Source: Spirochaetales bacterium
GTDB taxonomy: Bacteria > Spirochaetota > Spirochaetia > UBA9216
Assembly: GCA_016839055.1 (NCBI GenBank)
Contig: JAEKNX010000014.1
Coordinates: forward strand, 68,051-132,050
Reading direction: 5' to 3'
Length of the DNA stretch: 64,000 bases
Of this stretch, positions 49,415 through 59,370 are shown in pieces (the first letter of the stretch is position 1; every line of letters starts with the position of its first letter). Position numbers and translations under genes: made by a program. A model generated the notes under the pieces. That model saw nothing but the letters and a program-made list of their open reading frames with translations. It searched no databases and was not told the DNA's origin.

Positions 49415-49807
49415 TTATTTCTTGACTATGTCTGCAGCAGGTCTGTCAAAAATATGATTATCCACCAGCTTACCGCCAAGAACATGTTCCTTGATTATCT
49501 TACGGGCAGTTTCAACATTCACATTTCCGTAGATTGTATCAGGCATTCCGGGCACCTTAACCTCAACTGTAGGCTCAACATAACACAGGCCCATACAACC
49601 GGTCTGTTTTACAGTTACGTTTTTGATTTTATTTTTCTCTATTTCATCCAGAAATGCGTCTAGCGATCCCTTAGCTCCGGCAGCTATTCCGCAGGTACCC
49701 ATACCAATAATTATATGTATACTCTTCCCTTCAGTATCTCTCTTATCAAGCTCACCTTTTTTACTGTCTCTGAGCTTTCTCAGTTCTTCCAGGGTCATTT
49801 TAGCCAT
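49415..49807 (-). CDS. Thioredoxin-like [2Fe-2S] ferredoxin.
   Basis: Cysteine motifs GMGTCGIAAG...GCMGLC, as in the small Fd-like gene of Thermoanaerobacter-type hyd operons. Confidence 0.7.
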   Translation of the reverse strand: MAKMTLEELRKLRDSKKGELDKRDTEGKSIHIIIGMGTCGIAAGAKGSLDAFLDEIEKNKIKNVTVKQTGCMGLCYVEPTVEVKVPGMPDTIYGNVNVETARKIIKEHVLGGKLVDNHIFDRPAADIVKK

Positions 49808-50391
49808 TACCTGTCTCCTTCTATCAAATCTTCTTTTTCAAGAAGATAATCTTCTTCCTGGGACTTAAGAAACTGCCTTGCCATAATAAGCGAATCAGCA
49901 TCATTCAAATCACCAAGAACTTCAATCATCTCCGATCTCTTCACCGAATAACCGTCAGTCCGCCCGTCCTTCTCAAGCCTTCGCTCAATCTCAAGCTCAA
50001 AACCGCCGTCAAACATAATTGCCTGAAGCAGCATTCCACTGATATCTCCTGTCGGAGGAGTATCAATGTGGTCGGAACTGAAAAAAAACCCAAGTCTGGT
50101 CCCCTTCCCTTTTTCAGAATCAAGCTTCCAATCTCCGTCGGATTGCTCTACAGCCTGTATCAGAAAAGGAATGCCCAAACCTACCCGGCGCGCCCTATGC
50201 TTATGCCCGTCCGTATAAAATGGATCAACAGCCTTCTTCAGCTCTTGTTCCGTCATCCCGCATCCGTCATCAGTTATTTCTATCGAGAGACGATGTTGAG
50301 TCTCTATAATGGATAATTTAATCCGCTGGGCTCCGGCCTCGATAGAATTCTGCAGACAGTCCAGGATGAAATCACAGACCGCAGCGTGCAT
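49807..50391 (-). CDS. Stand-alone histidine-kinase-like ATPase (HATPase_c only).
   Basis: GHKL motifs ITDDGCGM and GLGIP, with no H-box. This is a known companion gene in bifurcating hydrogenase operons. Confidence 0.65.
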   Translation of the reverse strand: MHAAVCDFILDCLQNSIEAGAQRIKLSIIETQHRLSIEITDDGCGMTEQELKKAVDPFYTDGHKHRARRVGLGIPFLIQAVEQSDGDWKLDSEKGKGTRLGFFFSSDHIDTPPTGDISGMLLQAIMFDGGFELEIERRLEKDGRTDGYSVKRSEMIEVLGDLNDADSLIMARQFLKSQEEDYLLEKEDLIEGDR

Positions 50392-50392
50392 C

Positions 50393-50881
50393 CTAGCCCT
50401 TTTCTTTAAACCTGGCTAGAACCTCAGGCAGTTCATCCTTGGTAACCTTTCCGAATACTTCTCCGCCCACAATCATTACGGGGGCAAGTCCGCAGCAGCC
50501 TACGCAGCGTACTGACTCAATTGAAAAAAGTCCGTCGTCAGTTACTTCGTTAACCGCAATTCCGAGCAGCGTTTCGAGTTCATTGATTAAGTCCTCACCG
50601 CCTTTTAAATAGCATGCGGTGCCCATACAAACCTGGACATTATACTTTCCTGGTTTGTCAAGTTTGAAAAAATGATAAAAAGTGATAACGCCATAGATCT
50701 TCGCAAGCGGAGCATCAAGCATGTTCGATACTCTAATTGCCGCCTCACGCGGAATAAAGCCGAATTCTTCCTGCACTCTGTGCAGCACCATTATCAAATT
50801 ACCGGGTTTGGTTTTCCATTCCTCGATATACGATATAAGTTCTTTTGAAAACTCTATCTGAGGAGCCGTTTCAACAGCCAT
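50393..50881 (-). CDS. hydC: NuoE-like [2Fe-2S] subunit of the bifurcating hydrogenase.
   Basis: NuoE motifs CMGTACY...CVGCCGLAP. Confidence 0.85.
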   Translation of the reverse strand: MAVETAPQIEFSKELISYIEEWKTKPGNLIMVLHRVQEEFGFIPREAAIRVSNMLDAPLAKIYGVITFYHFFKLDKPGKYNVQVCMGTACYLKGGEDLINELETLLGIAVNEVTDDGLFSIESVRCVGCCGLAPVMIVGGEVFGKVTKDELPEVLARFKEKG

Positions 50882-51015
50882 AGGTCCTCCTGTCAGTGAT
50901 TTTATTGAGATTCTATCTTCAGTACAAGCATAATTGTATAAAGTAAAATGTCAATACATATAACTTATTTAATCAAGTTTTTATCCACCTCTATTCATGT
51001 TTTTGAATATAAAGA

Positions 51016-51073
51016 GTTGATATTTTCTCAACAAACTTGTATAATCAGCAGTATATTGTGAATGGCGTAACAA
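51016..51073. promoter_or_regulatory. rex/hyd divergent promoter region with two candidate Rex operators flanking a TATAAT -10 box.
   Basis: GTTGATATTTTCTCAACAA lies at 51016..51034, TGTATAAT at 51038..51045, and TTGTGAATGGCGTAACAA at 51056..51073. The Rex consensus TTGTGAA-N6-TTCACAA is quoted from memory. Confidence 0.35.
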
Positions 51074-51124
51074 CAAAAAACAGTTATATTTACTTTTTTT
51101 CACAACAAGGAGCTTTATTAACAG

Positions 51125-51781
51125 ATGAACAAAGAATTGATCCTCAGACTATCAAAATACAAAAGACTGCTTTACAAGCTGAAAGCCCTGGGTCTTGAAA
51201 GAGTATTTTCCAACAACCTAGGCGATGCCATTGCCGTAGCGCCGTCACTAGTAAGAAAAGATTTTTCAGTCCTCAGTCTTGCGGGCAACAAGCGGGGAGG
51301 CTATGACATCGATATGCTTATTGAGAAACTCGATGTCATCCTGGGCAGAGATAAACCGCAGGAAGTGATAGTAGCAGGATGCGGAAGAATCGGGACGGCA
51401 CTCATGCAGTATGAAGAGTTCAGGAATGAGGGAATCAAGATAATCGCCGGATTTGATATAGCCCCTGAAAATGTCTCGAAGACTTCAGGAGTTCCAATCT
51501 ATCACATGAAGGAAATGAAGGAATTCGTCGAAAAGAACGAGACAAAGGTCGGAATAATAACCGTCCCCGACAGCGCGGCTGCCCAGACTCTCGATCTCAT
51601 GATTGAAGCGGGAATCCGCGGCGTGCTCAACTTCGCGGCAATTGAACTGCGAACAAACCGTAATGAAGATACAACCGAGAACCAAACAAGATGCACAATT
51701 CACAACATCAACATCTGTCTTGAACTCGAGCACCTCTTCTATCAGGTAAACGTGGCAAATGTACTGCCAGAGGTCACTTAA
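51125..51781 (+). CDS. rex: Redox-sensing transcriptional repressor Rex.
   Basis: N-terminal winged helix (RLSKYKRLL...). Rossmann NADH-binding domain (VIVAGCGRIGTAL). Confidence 0.85.
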   Translation: MNKELILRLSKYKRLLYKLKALGLERVFSNNLGDAIAVAPSLVRKDFSVLSLAGNKRGGYDIDMLIEKLDVILGRDKPQEVIVAGCGRIGTALMQYEEFRNEGIKIIAGFDIAPENVSKTSGVPIYHMKEMKEFVEKNETKVGIITVPDSAAAQTLDLMIEAGIRGVLNFAAIELRTNRNEDTTENQTRCTIHNINICLELEHLFYQVNVANVLPEVT

Positions 51782-52817
51782 CTGCCTCCAGCTCAAGAAT
51801 AACAGGAAAGTGGTCGGAGCAGCCGGCACCCGTCCCACTCTGCCACCGGAGCGGGCTGCCGTCAGACGCAGTGTTAAAATCCAGCGCCGCCGCTCTGAAG
51901 CCGGCGTACTCAAGCCCCTCCCGGTCGAAGGCTGCAGCATTTAAAAAAAACTGATCGATAGTCTCCCACGTCCCGTTGTAGAAATAACTACCTTCATACT
52001 CAGCATCTACCCAGGGATTATAGAGTCCTATCTCACTATCTGCTGTCATTCCAGCCTTTGAATCGACATAATACATAGTCTCCTCCGAAGGAGTCTCCCC
52101 TGTCTCCGCTGCAGGCATTATAGCAGTGCGATAAGAATGGTTAACCCGGTTGAACTCATCATGGGATTCATTGAAATCACCCGCCGCAATGATAAGCAGA
52201 TCAGCCGACTCTGCAGCAGCCTTTTTAATCAGAGAATTAAGAAGACCCGCTGATGCGCTTCTTGATTCTTCGGTTTCCTCAGGACCTCCAAGTTTGGATT
52301 TCCAGTGGTTCAGAAAGACCTTAAATCCGCCCGCACCTTCGCCAAAATCAATCTCGGCAATGTTCCGGCCTGAGTTCTTCCCCCGCAAATTTACTGCATG
52401 GTTCTTAACCGAAAGCACGGGAAGCCTACTGAGGACTCCACATCCTATTGCCGAGTCCTGTGTTGGGAAAAACACGGCATAGCTGTAATTGCAAGCCTTC
52501 AGATATCCATCATTTAGAAGTTTGAGCGCATTTTCATTCTCAACCTCCTGCAGCAGTACAATATCAGGCCCTCCGGCGGCAGCCGCGCTAATTACCTCCG
52601 AAAGAGCGGCGGCCTTGCGGTTGAAGAGATCATTATTCCATTCTCCGTTGGATGGATCAAACTCATAATATTCCGTTCCGTCATCAACATCGTCAAAGAG
52701 ATTCTGAACATTCCACGACATAAGATGCAGGGTCTCTCCGCCGTCCTCATTCAGACAACAGGAAAGAACAAAGACGAACAAAAAAAGCAGCAATGCTGAC
52801 ATTCTACTTACCTTCAT
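51774..52817 (-). CDS. Secreted/lipoprotein EEP-family nuclease/phosphatase.
   Basis: Signal peptide plus Cys (VLSCC). EEP motifs WNVQN, LLQEV and SDHFPV. Confidence 0.6.
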   Translation of the reverse strand: MKVSRMSALLLFLFVFVLSCCLNEDGGETLHLMSWNVQNLFDDVDDGTEYYEFDPSNGEWNNDLFNRKAAALSEVISAAAAGGPDIVLLQEVENENALKLLNDGYLKACNYSYAVFFPTQDSAIGCGVLSRLPVLSVKNHAVNLRGKNSGRNIAEIDFGEGAGGFKVFLNHWKSKLGGPEETEESRSASAGLLNSLIKKAAAESADLLIIAAGDFNESHDEFNRVNHSYRTAIMPAAETGETPSEETMYYVDSKAGMTADSEIGLYNPWVDAEYEGSYFYNGTWETIDQFFLNAAAFDREGLEYAGFRAAALDFNTASDGSPLRWQSGTGAGCSDHFPVILELEAVK

Positions 52818-53015
52818 GAAATTCTATAACCGGTTTTTTTCGTGGTGATTGAATTACGACAACGATTTAGGAAAAAATTATTAAAAATTTTACTATGAGC
52901 TGATGAGATTATTGATTATCGGCATTATCATAATCAAGGTATGGGTCCAAATCAACAAAGAGGGCCATCCCGTTCTTACAGGAGTGCCCTCTTATTTATC
53001 TTTAAAATTATATTC

Positions 53016-53984
53016 TCAAGTTTTCAGATAAGCGATTATCGCCTTAATCTCATCTTCAGAAGAAAGCGATTCGGGAATAAACTCTTCCCCGGTAATCTGC
53101 TCAAACGCCTGAATGTAACGGTTTGAAACTTCGAGCCTCACCTCATCGGGAATCTGCGGGATTTCCCCCTTACCCATGAAGTTTTTCTCTTCAATCAGCC
53201 ACTGACGAAGGTATTCCTTGTCAATCTCCCTCTGTTTCCCGCCGGCATTAAAGAGCTCGGGGTAGGTATCGGCGTACCAGATACGGCTAGAGTCGGGGGT
53301 GTGCATCTCATCAACTATCACAAGTTCGCCGCCCAGGAGACCAAACTCATATTTTGTGTCAACGAGAATCAGCCCGCGCGACGCGAGAGTATCACTTCCG
53401 AATTCAAACAGCTCGAGGGCGGTCTTTTCAACCTTCCTCCAAAGACCTTCCTCAACCAAGCCTGTACTTACAATTTCTGCACTGCTGATAGGCATGTCAT
53501 GCTCACCCTGCTCCGCCTTTGTGGACGGGGTCAGGAGAGGAGTATCGAACCTCTGGTTCATCTTCATGCCGGAGGGAAGCTCAATACCAGAAACAGCCTT
53601 TCCCTCCTGATAATCGCGCCAGGCTGAACCCGTAAGATATCCCCTTACAACAACTTCAACCGGGAGAACTTCACATTTCTTCACGGCAATGGTCCGTGCA
53701 GTAATCTTTTCAGAGATATGGTTAGGAATGATGTTTCCGGTATTTTCAAACCAGAAGAGGGAAAGCCTGTTAAGAATCTCGCCTTTAAAAGGAATTGTGG
53801 ACAGGATTCTGTCGAAAGCAGAGATTCTATCCGTTGTAGATAGAACAAGACCCGCCTCTGTCGTAAAAATATCTCTGACTTTACCGGAGACAAACTTGGC
53901 GGAAGATGGAACTGACTCCGCTTTAAATCCGCTGAAAGTACTGTCTAAATATTTCATGACATCCATCTTATCCATTTCTACCAC
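53016..53984 (-). CDS. purC: Phosphoribosylaminoimidazole-succinocarboxamide synthase (SAICAR synthetase, long form).
   Basis: Motifs GKVRDIF, RISAFD and VVRGYLTGS. The true start may be the internal ATG at MDVMKYL. Confidence 0.85.
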   Translation of the reverse strand: MVEMDKMDVMKYLDSTFSGFKAESVPSSAKFVSGKVRDIFTTEAGLVLSTTDRISAFDRILSTIPFKGEILNRLSLFWFENTGNIIPNHISEKITARTIAVKKCEVLPVEVVVRGYLTGSAWRDYQEGKAVSGIELPSGMKMNQRFDTPLLTPSTKAEQGEHDMPISSAEIVSTGLVEEGLWRKVEKTALELFEFGSDTLASRGLILVDTKYEFGLLGGELVIVDEMHTPDSSRIWYADTYPELFNAGGKQREIDKEYLRQWLIEEKNFMGKGEIPQIPDEVRLEVSNRYIQAFEQITGEEFIPESLSSEDEIKAIIAYLKT

Positions 53985-54559
53985 TCGCTTCTCTTAACCA
54001 TTGTTTTGGAAATCAAACCATATTTGAGCGCCTCATTTGCTCCCATCCAGTAGTCCCTGTCGGTATCTTTCTCAACTCTCTCGAGCTTCTGTCCCGTCTC
54101 ATCAGCGATCAGATTATTCAGTTTAACCCTGAGTATTTCAAGTTCTTTCGCGTGGATTTCAATTTCGGTTGCAACTCCTCTCATTCCTGAAAGCGGCTGA
54201 TGAATAAGATAGCGCGAATTGGGAAGTCCGAACCGTCTCTCTTTGGGAGCGGCAAGAAGAATCAGTGCTCCGGCACTGGCGACAAGTCCCATTCCAACAG
54301 TATAAACATCGGGTTTAACAAATCTTATCATATCAAAAATTGCAAATCCGGCATCAACATCACCGCCGGGTGAATCGATGAACACCTTGATTGGCTCATC
54401 CGAATCAGCTTCAAGGAGAATAAGCTGTTTAACAACCTTTTCGGCAAGTTCTTTATTCACTTCTCCGGAAAGAAGGATTGTCCTTGTTTTGAGTATTTTT
54501 TCGCTTAATGCTTCTGCTTCCGGCTTATCGTTGCCGTTATTTTTTTCTTTTTCACTCAT
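53978..54559 (-). CDS. clpP: ATP-dependent Clp protease proteolytic subunit.
   Basis: Catalytic-triad context GMGLVASAGALI (Ser), H and D. Typical length of about 193 aa. Confidence 0.9.
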   Translation of the reverse strand: MSEKEKNNGNDKPEAEALSEKILKTRTILLSGEVNKELAEKVVKQLILLEADSDEPIKVFIDSPGGDVDAGFAIFDMIRFVKPDVYTVGMGLVASAGALILLAAPKERRFGLPNSRYLIHQPLSGMRGVATEIEIHAKELEILRVKLNNLIADETGQKLERVEKDTDRDYWMGANEALKYGLISKTMVKRSEW

Positions 54560-54692
54560 AGAATTAGCTCCTGATTTTATTTATACTCCAATCTATCGAC
54601 TATAATCGATTATCCTCGAAAGTCTCTGACTTTCTGAGATAACATGTTGATTAGCCCCTTGTCAATTGTATAGAATTTACTACAATAGAGCA

Positions 54693-55592
54693 ATGAAGTC
54701 AGCATTTGTATCGATAATTGGACGCCCTTCGGCGGGAAAATCCACACTTTTAAATAAAATTTGCGGTGAGAAGGTCTCAATTGTCTCACCGGTACCCCAG
54801 ACAACCAGAAACAAGATAAGAGGGATAATCACGCGTGACACAGGTCAACTGGTTTTCATCGACACTCCCGGTTATCATAACTCTGACAAGAAGTTCAATA
54901 ACTACCTGAAAGATCTTGCAGGCTCATCTCTTGCAGAGTCCGATCTGGTGCTCTATGTAATAGATACGACAAGGGCACCCGGAGCCGAAGAAGAAGAACT
55001 TCTCGAGCTGCTTAAACCTATAGCAGCTAAAACCCTTATACTATTTAATAAAACCGATCTGCCGGAGAAAAACATTCAGAGAGCGGCAGCTTATATTGAG
55101 GAAAAAGCACCTGGATGCTTCAGCCCTGAATCAATCTTTCCAGTGTCAGCCGAGTCCGGCGACGGAATCAGCAGGGTAATTCAACATCTTTATGACATGG
55201 CTCCCGAAGGGGAACAGATGTACCCTGATGATTATTACACCGACCAGCAGCCCGAGTTCAGAGTAATGGAAATAATCAGGGAGAAGGCAATAAACATCTC
55301 CAGACAGGAACTTCCCCATTCAATCTATGTTGAAATTGCGGATATGGAAATGAAACATAACGAAGACGGCAGCGTAAAAAAACTATGGGTCAGGGCCTTT
55401 CTCGTTGCCGAGCGGGAGAGTCAGAAGGGCATCCTCGTTGGCCATGGCGGCGAAAATATAAAAAACATCAGGGGCGATGCTCAGCGGGAGCTGAACCAGA
55501 TATTCCCATACCGCGTACATCTTGACCTCCGAGTCAAGGTAAATCAGAAATGGCGGAGAAACGACGGCCTCCTGAAGCGTATGCTGTTCTAG
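54693..55592 (+). CDS. era: GTPase Era.
   Basis: G1 GRPSAGKST, G3 DTPG and G4 NKTD motifs. C-terminal KH domain. Start trimmed to ATG 54693. Confidence 0.85.
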   Translation: MKSAFVSIIGRPSAGKSTLLNKICGEKVSIVSPVPQTTRNKIRGIITRDTGQLVFIDTPGYHNSDKKFNNYLKDLAGSSLAESDLVLYVIDTTRAPGAEEEELLELLKPIAAKTLILFNKTDLPEKNIQRAAAYIEEKAPGCFSPESIFPVSAESGDGISRVIQHLYDMAPEGEQMYPDDYYTDQQPEFRVMEIIREKAINISRQELPHSIYVEIADMEMKHNEDGSVKKLWVRAFLVAERESQKGILVGHGGENIKNIRGDAQRELNQIFPYRVHLDLRVKVNQKWRRNDGLLKRMLF

Positions 55593-56800
55593 GTATTGTC
55601 GCTTTTTTTCCCTCTCTGGAATATTCTGTAGGGAGTACCCGGCAAAGTCTTCTCTACCATATCATCATAGGCTTTTACATCCCTCGGGCGGACCCTTCCG
55701 CCCAGGGCCTTTATTGTTCCGAGCAGCTCAGTAATATCGTGTTTCTGTTTCTTGGTCGGGTTAATAAAAGCAATTCCGTAATGACGATGGTGCTCCAGAG
55801 TCTTCTTCCATTTAATAATGCCGTCAACATCGGCTGAATTATATCCGAGCATACAATAAAACCCGCAGAACTCCCCCATATCCATATCGAGCATTGTCTC
55901 TATGCAGGCCCCGGTTGTGGAGAAATTTATGAGCCTGGCCGGAAGAATTTCACCCCGGTATCTGAATGAAACACTTACATTGACCGAATAACGCTCAAAC
56001 ATCCGATTATCCTCGTCTCCCGTTCCACCTTCGGTCTCTCCGAGTCCCAGCCGGTGAAGAATACTCAGCATATTCTCGAGCCCTTCCTTCTCTGTTTCCG
56101 TCAAATTCTTGAACATCACACCATAACCGGGCAGGCTGCAGTCATCTGTTACCGACCGCATAACAATCCCCTTAACAGAGATAGATATCTCGTTCCCCAG
56201 TGACAGCCTGAGCGGACACAGAGAACCGACCTTGATATTTTCAGAAATTCGGATAAAACATCCGCCGATGGAAATATCTTCAAGATAGCCAATCTCATAG
56301 GTTCCGCCGAATTCAAGAGAAACCCCAAGCTCGATATCGTACCTGCTTGCCTGCTCCCACCAGCGGAGCCGGGGATTGAAATACGGAGCAATAATATGTT
56401 TTCTAAAGAAGAAGCCCGCGGTAATAAAAAGAAGAAGATTGAAGATGATTACGCCAAAAAGCGAGATCATCGGATTATTGATGTAGGCTATTATATTGTA
56501 GATGGCTACCCCGACTGCAGAAACAATAAATAACCACCACCCCGCCCTTGTTACGGAAAAAACAGATACGGCGGCAACGGGATATACAAGCAGAATAAGA
56601 ATGTCGGTAATAATTAGTCTTCTAAATATACTTCCGGCTCCCCATAACGGCAGCATGTTTATATAAGCATTAGCGGTTATCGTTAAAAGGGGCGTAAGAA
56701 ACAATAGAACAGCAAAGAACGTAATACTTTTGGGACGCCTCAGACTTTTCACGATGTGACTCCTTAATAACATTATAATTATACTAAAAGTGTACCGCAT
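55589..56800 (-). CDS. Polytopic membrane protein with C-terminal PilZ domain(s); a probable c-di-GMP receptor.
   Basis: N-terminal TM helices. PilZ-like beta-barrel segments (GGTYEIGYLEDISIGGCFIRIS; RYSVNVSVSF...INFSTTGACIE). Start trimmed to ATG 56800 to avoid a 140-nt overlap with the next gene. Confidence 0.55.
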   Translation of the reverse strand: MRYTFSIIIMLLRSHIVKSLRRPKSITFFAVLLFLTPLLTITANAYINMLPLWGAGSIFRRLIITDILILLVYPVAAVSVFSVTRAGWWLFIVSAVGVAIYNIIAYINNPMISLFGVIIFNLLLFITAGFFFRKHIIAPYFNPRLRWWEQASRYDIELGVSLEFGGTYEIGYLEDISIGGCFIRISENIKVGSLCPLRLSLGNEISISVKGIVMRSVTDDCSLPGYGVMFKNLTETEKEGLENMLSILHRLGLGETEGGTGDEDNRMFERYSVNVSVSFRYRGEILPARLINFSTTGACIETMLDMDMGEFCGFYCMLGYNSADVDGIIKWKKTLEHHRHYGIAFINPTKKQKHDITELLGTIKALGGRVRPRDVKAYDDMVEKTLPGTPYRIFQRGKKSDNT

Positions 56801-56861
56801 TTTCAAACATCCTGCATCAAGAAAATGAAAAACCACCTTAGATCTTGATATCCGAATTTTA

Positions 56862-58145
56862 TTGGCTATAATTATTAGTATGAAGGTGAAGAATCCCGTT
56901 TCGATTATTTCAATCCTGCTGCTATCCGCTGTTCTGCTCTCAGGCAGCGGTTGCTCCCTCTTTATTCTGGGATCAACCCTTGATCCATCAGAGTATCTGC
57001 CCAAGGCTGTGCTGATAATTGTAAGTGAAGAAGTCTATCCCGAAATAGCGGATCGCATAACCACCTACCAGGACGACATTTCTGCCGATGGAATTGCAAG
57101 CAGAACAATCATCTGGAACAGCGGCGATAGCGCTGTCGACCTTAAGTTCCTAATACAATCCGCGGTTCCCTCCGCAGACACTGGCTTTTTTATCGGAGAT
57201 ATTCCGGCGGCATGGTATGAACAGAAGGCTTTCGGATCGGAGGAAGTATTTCCTACCGACCTGTTCTACATGGATACTGATTCAATATGGAGCGATTCCG
57301 ATGATAATGGGCGCTATGACTCTCACAGCAATCTGAGCGTTGACTTTGTAGTCTCCAGGGCAACAGGCACCGCCGAAGAACTCAATTTCTACTTCGACAA
57401 GCTTCACGGATACCGGAGCGGGACAACCCCCGCCTACGACGGCGCGTTTATCTTCAAGGATGATGACTGGCACAACAGCTACCGCGGAAACAACTTTGGC
57501 CTGGACACCATTTACGGCAGCGTATCCACGTTTCAGGACTCAGGAGATACTACACGCAGTTCCTATCTAAGCATGATGTTAAACGAAGGCTCAGAATATG
57601 TTTATCAATGGATTCATGCCTACCCCCCGGTTCTTTTTATTGATGTGGACGGTAATTACGAAATAATCAGATCACAGGATATCGGGGATGGTACCTTCAA
57701 GGGGAATTTCTACAACCTCTTCGACTGTCAGGCTGCCCGTTTTACAGTTAGAAATTTAGCAGCGAGCTATCTCAATACGACCGATTCAGGTATAGCGGTC
57801 ATAGGTTCGACTAAAACCGGAGGAATGTACTATCCAGTAGAGTTCCACAAAGCCCTGGCTTCCGGAGGATGCTGGGGATCGGCCTATAAGGCATGGTATA
57901 ATACAAACGGCTGGGCGGATGACGAGTGGTTTCTCGGGATGATAATAATGGGAGATCCTGCAATTCGTCCATACAACGCCGCGGGTTCGGATCTTTCCAA
58001 GGGAAGCCGATCCGTGTCGAATATTATACCCCTATCAGATGAGAGAAAGGACGAGATGTACCTGCAATTGCGGGATTTCAAGCCGTCAACCGAGCTGCCT
58101 GTTGACCTGCAAAGTGAGATAGAACAGAGACTGAATGATTACTAG
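56862..58145 (+). CDS. Lipoprotein with a possible caspase-fold (C25/C11-like) cysteine peptidase domain.
   Basis: Lipobox LSGSGC. The His-Gly ... DCQA ... IMGDPA arrangement is reminiscent of clan CD peptidases. The assignment is weak. Confidence 0.3.
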   Translation: MAIIISMKVKNPVSIISILLLSAVLLSGSGCSLFILGSTLDPSEYLPKAVLIIVSEEVYPEIADRITTYQDDISADGIASRTIIWNSGDSAVDLKFLIQSAVPSADTGFFIGDIPAAWYEQKAFGSEEVFPTDLFYMDTDSIWSDSDDNGRYDSHSNLSVDFVVSRATGTAEELNFYFDKLHGYRSGTTPAYDGAFIFKDDDWHNSYRGNNFGLDTIYGSVSTFQDSGDTTRSSYLSMMLNEGSEYVYQWIHAYPPVLFIDVDGNYEIIRSQDIGDGTFKGNFYNLFDCQAARFTVRNLAASYLNTTDSGIAVIGSTKTGGMYYPVEFHKALASGGCWGSAYKAWYNTNGWADDEWFLGMIIMGDPAIRPYNAAGSDLSKGSRSVSNIIPLSDERKDEMYLQLRDFKPSTELPVDLQSEIEQRLNDY

Positions 58146-58185
58146 CAGACTTGCCACAATATTATAATAATGCAAAACTGCACTA

Positions 58186-59370
58186 ATGAGAAAGATTACA
58201 ACGCTTTTTACTGCCATCCTCATCTCCGCTGCAGCCTTCGGTCAAAGCGCCCCGCCGCCGCCGGAAATTAACGCGGCCTCCGCCATTCTGATTGAATCGG
58301 GCACAGGGGCCGTCCTCTATGAGAAAAACGCGGATTCACTCATTCCTCCGGCGTCCATGACAAAACTCATGACAATTCATGTTGCACTGAACTCAATAAA
58401 AGCCGGAGTCGTGACCGCCGCCAGCCTTGTACCAGTTTCGGAGGCCGCCGACTTTCGCAGCCTGCCGCCACGCTCATCCCTCATGTTTCTTGAAAAGGGA
58501 CAGAAGGTCAGCCTGACGGAACTCTTAAAGGGTCTTGCGCTGCCCTCCGGCAACGACGCAGGCATTGCGGTGGCTGAGTTTATAGCCGGAAGTGTGAGTG
58601 AATATGTGGCACTGATGAACCTTGAGGCTGAAAGACTCGGCCTTGTTAACACCCATTTCGATGACGCCTCGGGACTCTCGGAGAAAAACATGACAACAGC
58701 CCGTGAATTTGCGTCCTTCTGCGCCTTCTACCTGAATAAGCACCCTGAAGCCTCGACAGAACTCCATATGCTGACGACTTTCACCTATCCCGAAGATCAC
58801 AACCTGCCCGAAGGTGGTGTCAGCGTACATGGGCCCATAAAACAACCGAACCACAATCTTTTAATAGGACGAATGAAAAACGTCGACGGACTCAAGACCG
58901 GATACATAGACGAATCAGGCTTCAACCTTGCTGCTTCCGCTGAGTTCGAAGGCCGAAGATTCATCCTCGTTACAATGGGAGGCCCGGGCCGAAGCTCCCG
59001 TGACGGCAGCATCAGGCGTGCAATAGATGGAGCAGCTCTGTTTAACTACGGATTTTATGGATGGACGACATTCACCCCCGAGGTGCCCGAAAACCAGCAG
59101 CTCAGGATTTGGGGAGGCGAGAAGAACATGTTAAATCTAAGATACAGTCCGGCAAACACGCTTACAGTTCCTGCGCCGGATACAGGTTTCTTAGAGTTAA
59201 CATCCGAATATATAGATATCGATTACCCCGTCAAGAAAGACTCAATTGTCGGCAGCTGGAAATTGGCCGACAGGAATGGATCAATCCTGCAAAGCGGAAC
59301 AATAAATGCAGCGGAAGACGTACAGGAGGGAAATATTTTCAAGAGAATCATCGACAGAATCAGACAATAA
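58186..59370 (+). CDS. dacA: D-alanyl-D-alanine carboxypeptidase (PBP5/6 family, S11).
   Basis: Signal peptide. SMTKLMT (SxxK), LPSGND (SxN) and KTG motifs. Confidence 0.85.
   Translation: MRKITTLFTAILISAAAFGQSAPPPPEINAASAILIESGTGAVLYEKNADSLIPPASMTKLMTIHVALNSIKAGVVTAASLVPVSEAADFRSLPPRSSLMFLEKGQKVSLTELLKGLALPSGNDAGIAVAEFIAGSVSEYVALMNLEAERLGLVNTHFDDASGLSEKNMTTAREFASFCAFYLNKHPEASTELHMLTTFTYPEDHNLPEGGVSVHGPIKQPNHNLLIGRMKNVDGLKTGYIDESGFNLAASAEFEGRRFILVTMGGPGRSSRDGSIRRAIDGAALFNYGFYGWTTFTPEVPENQQLRIWGGEKNMLNLRYSPANTLTVPAPDTGFLELTSEYIDIDYPVKKDSIVGSWKLADRNGSILQSGTINAAEDVQEGNIFKRIIDRIRQ

Noticed and set aside
52960-52996. Hairpin AAGAGGGC-N20-GCCCTCTT downstream of purC.
   Set aside because: The loop is too large and the flanking U-run is weak for a confident intrinsic terminator. 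It may still be a weak terminator.
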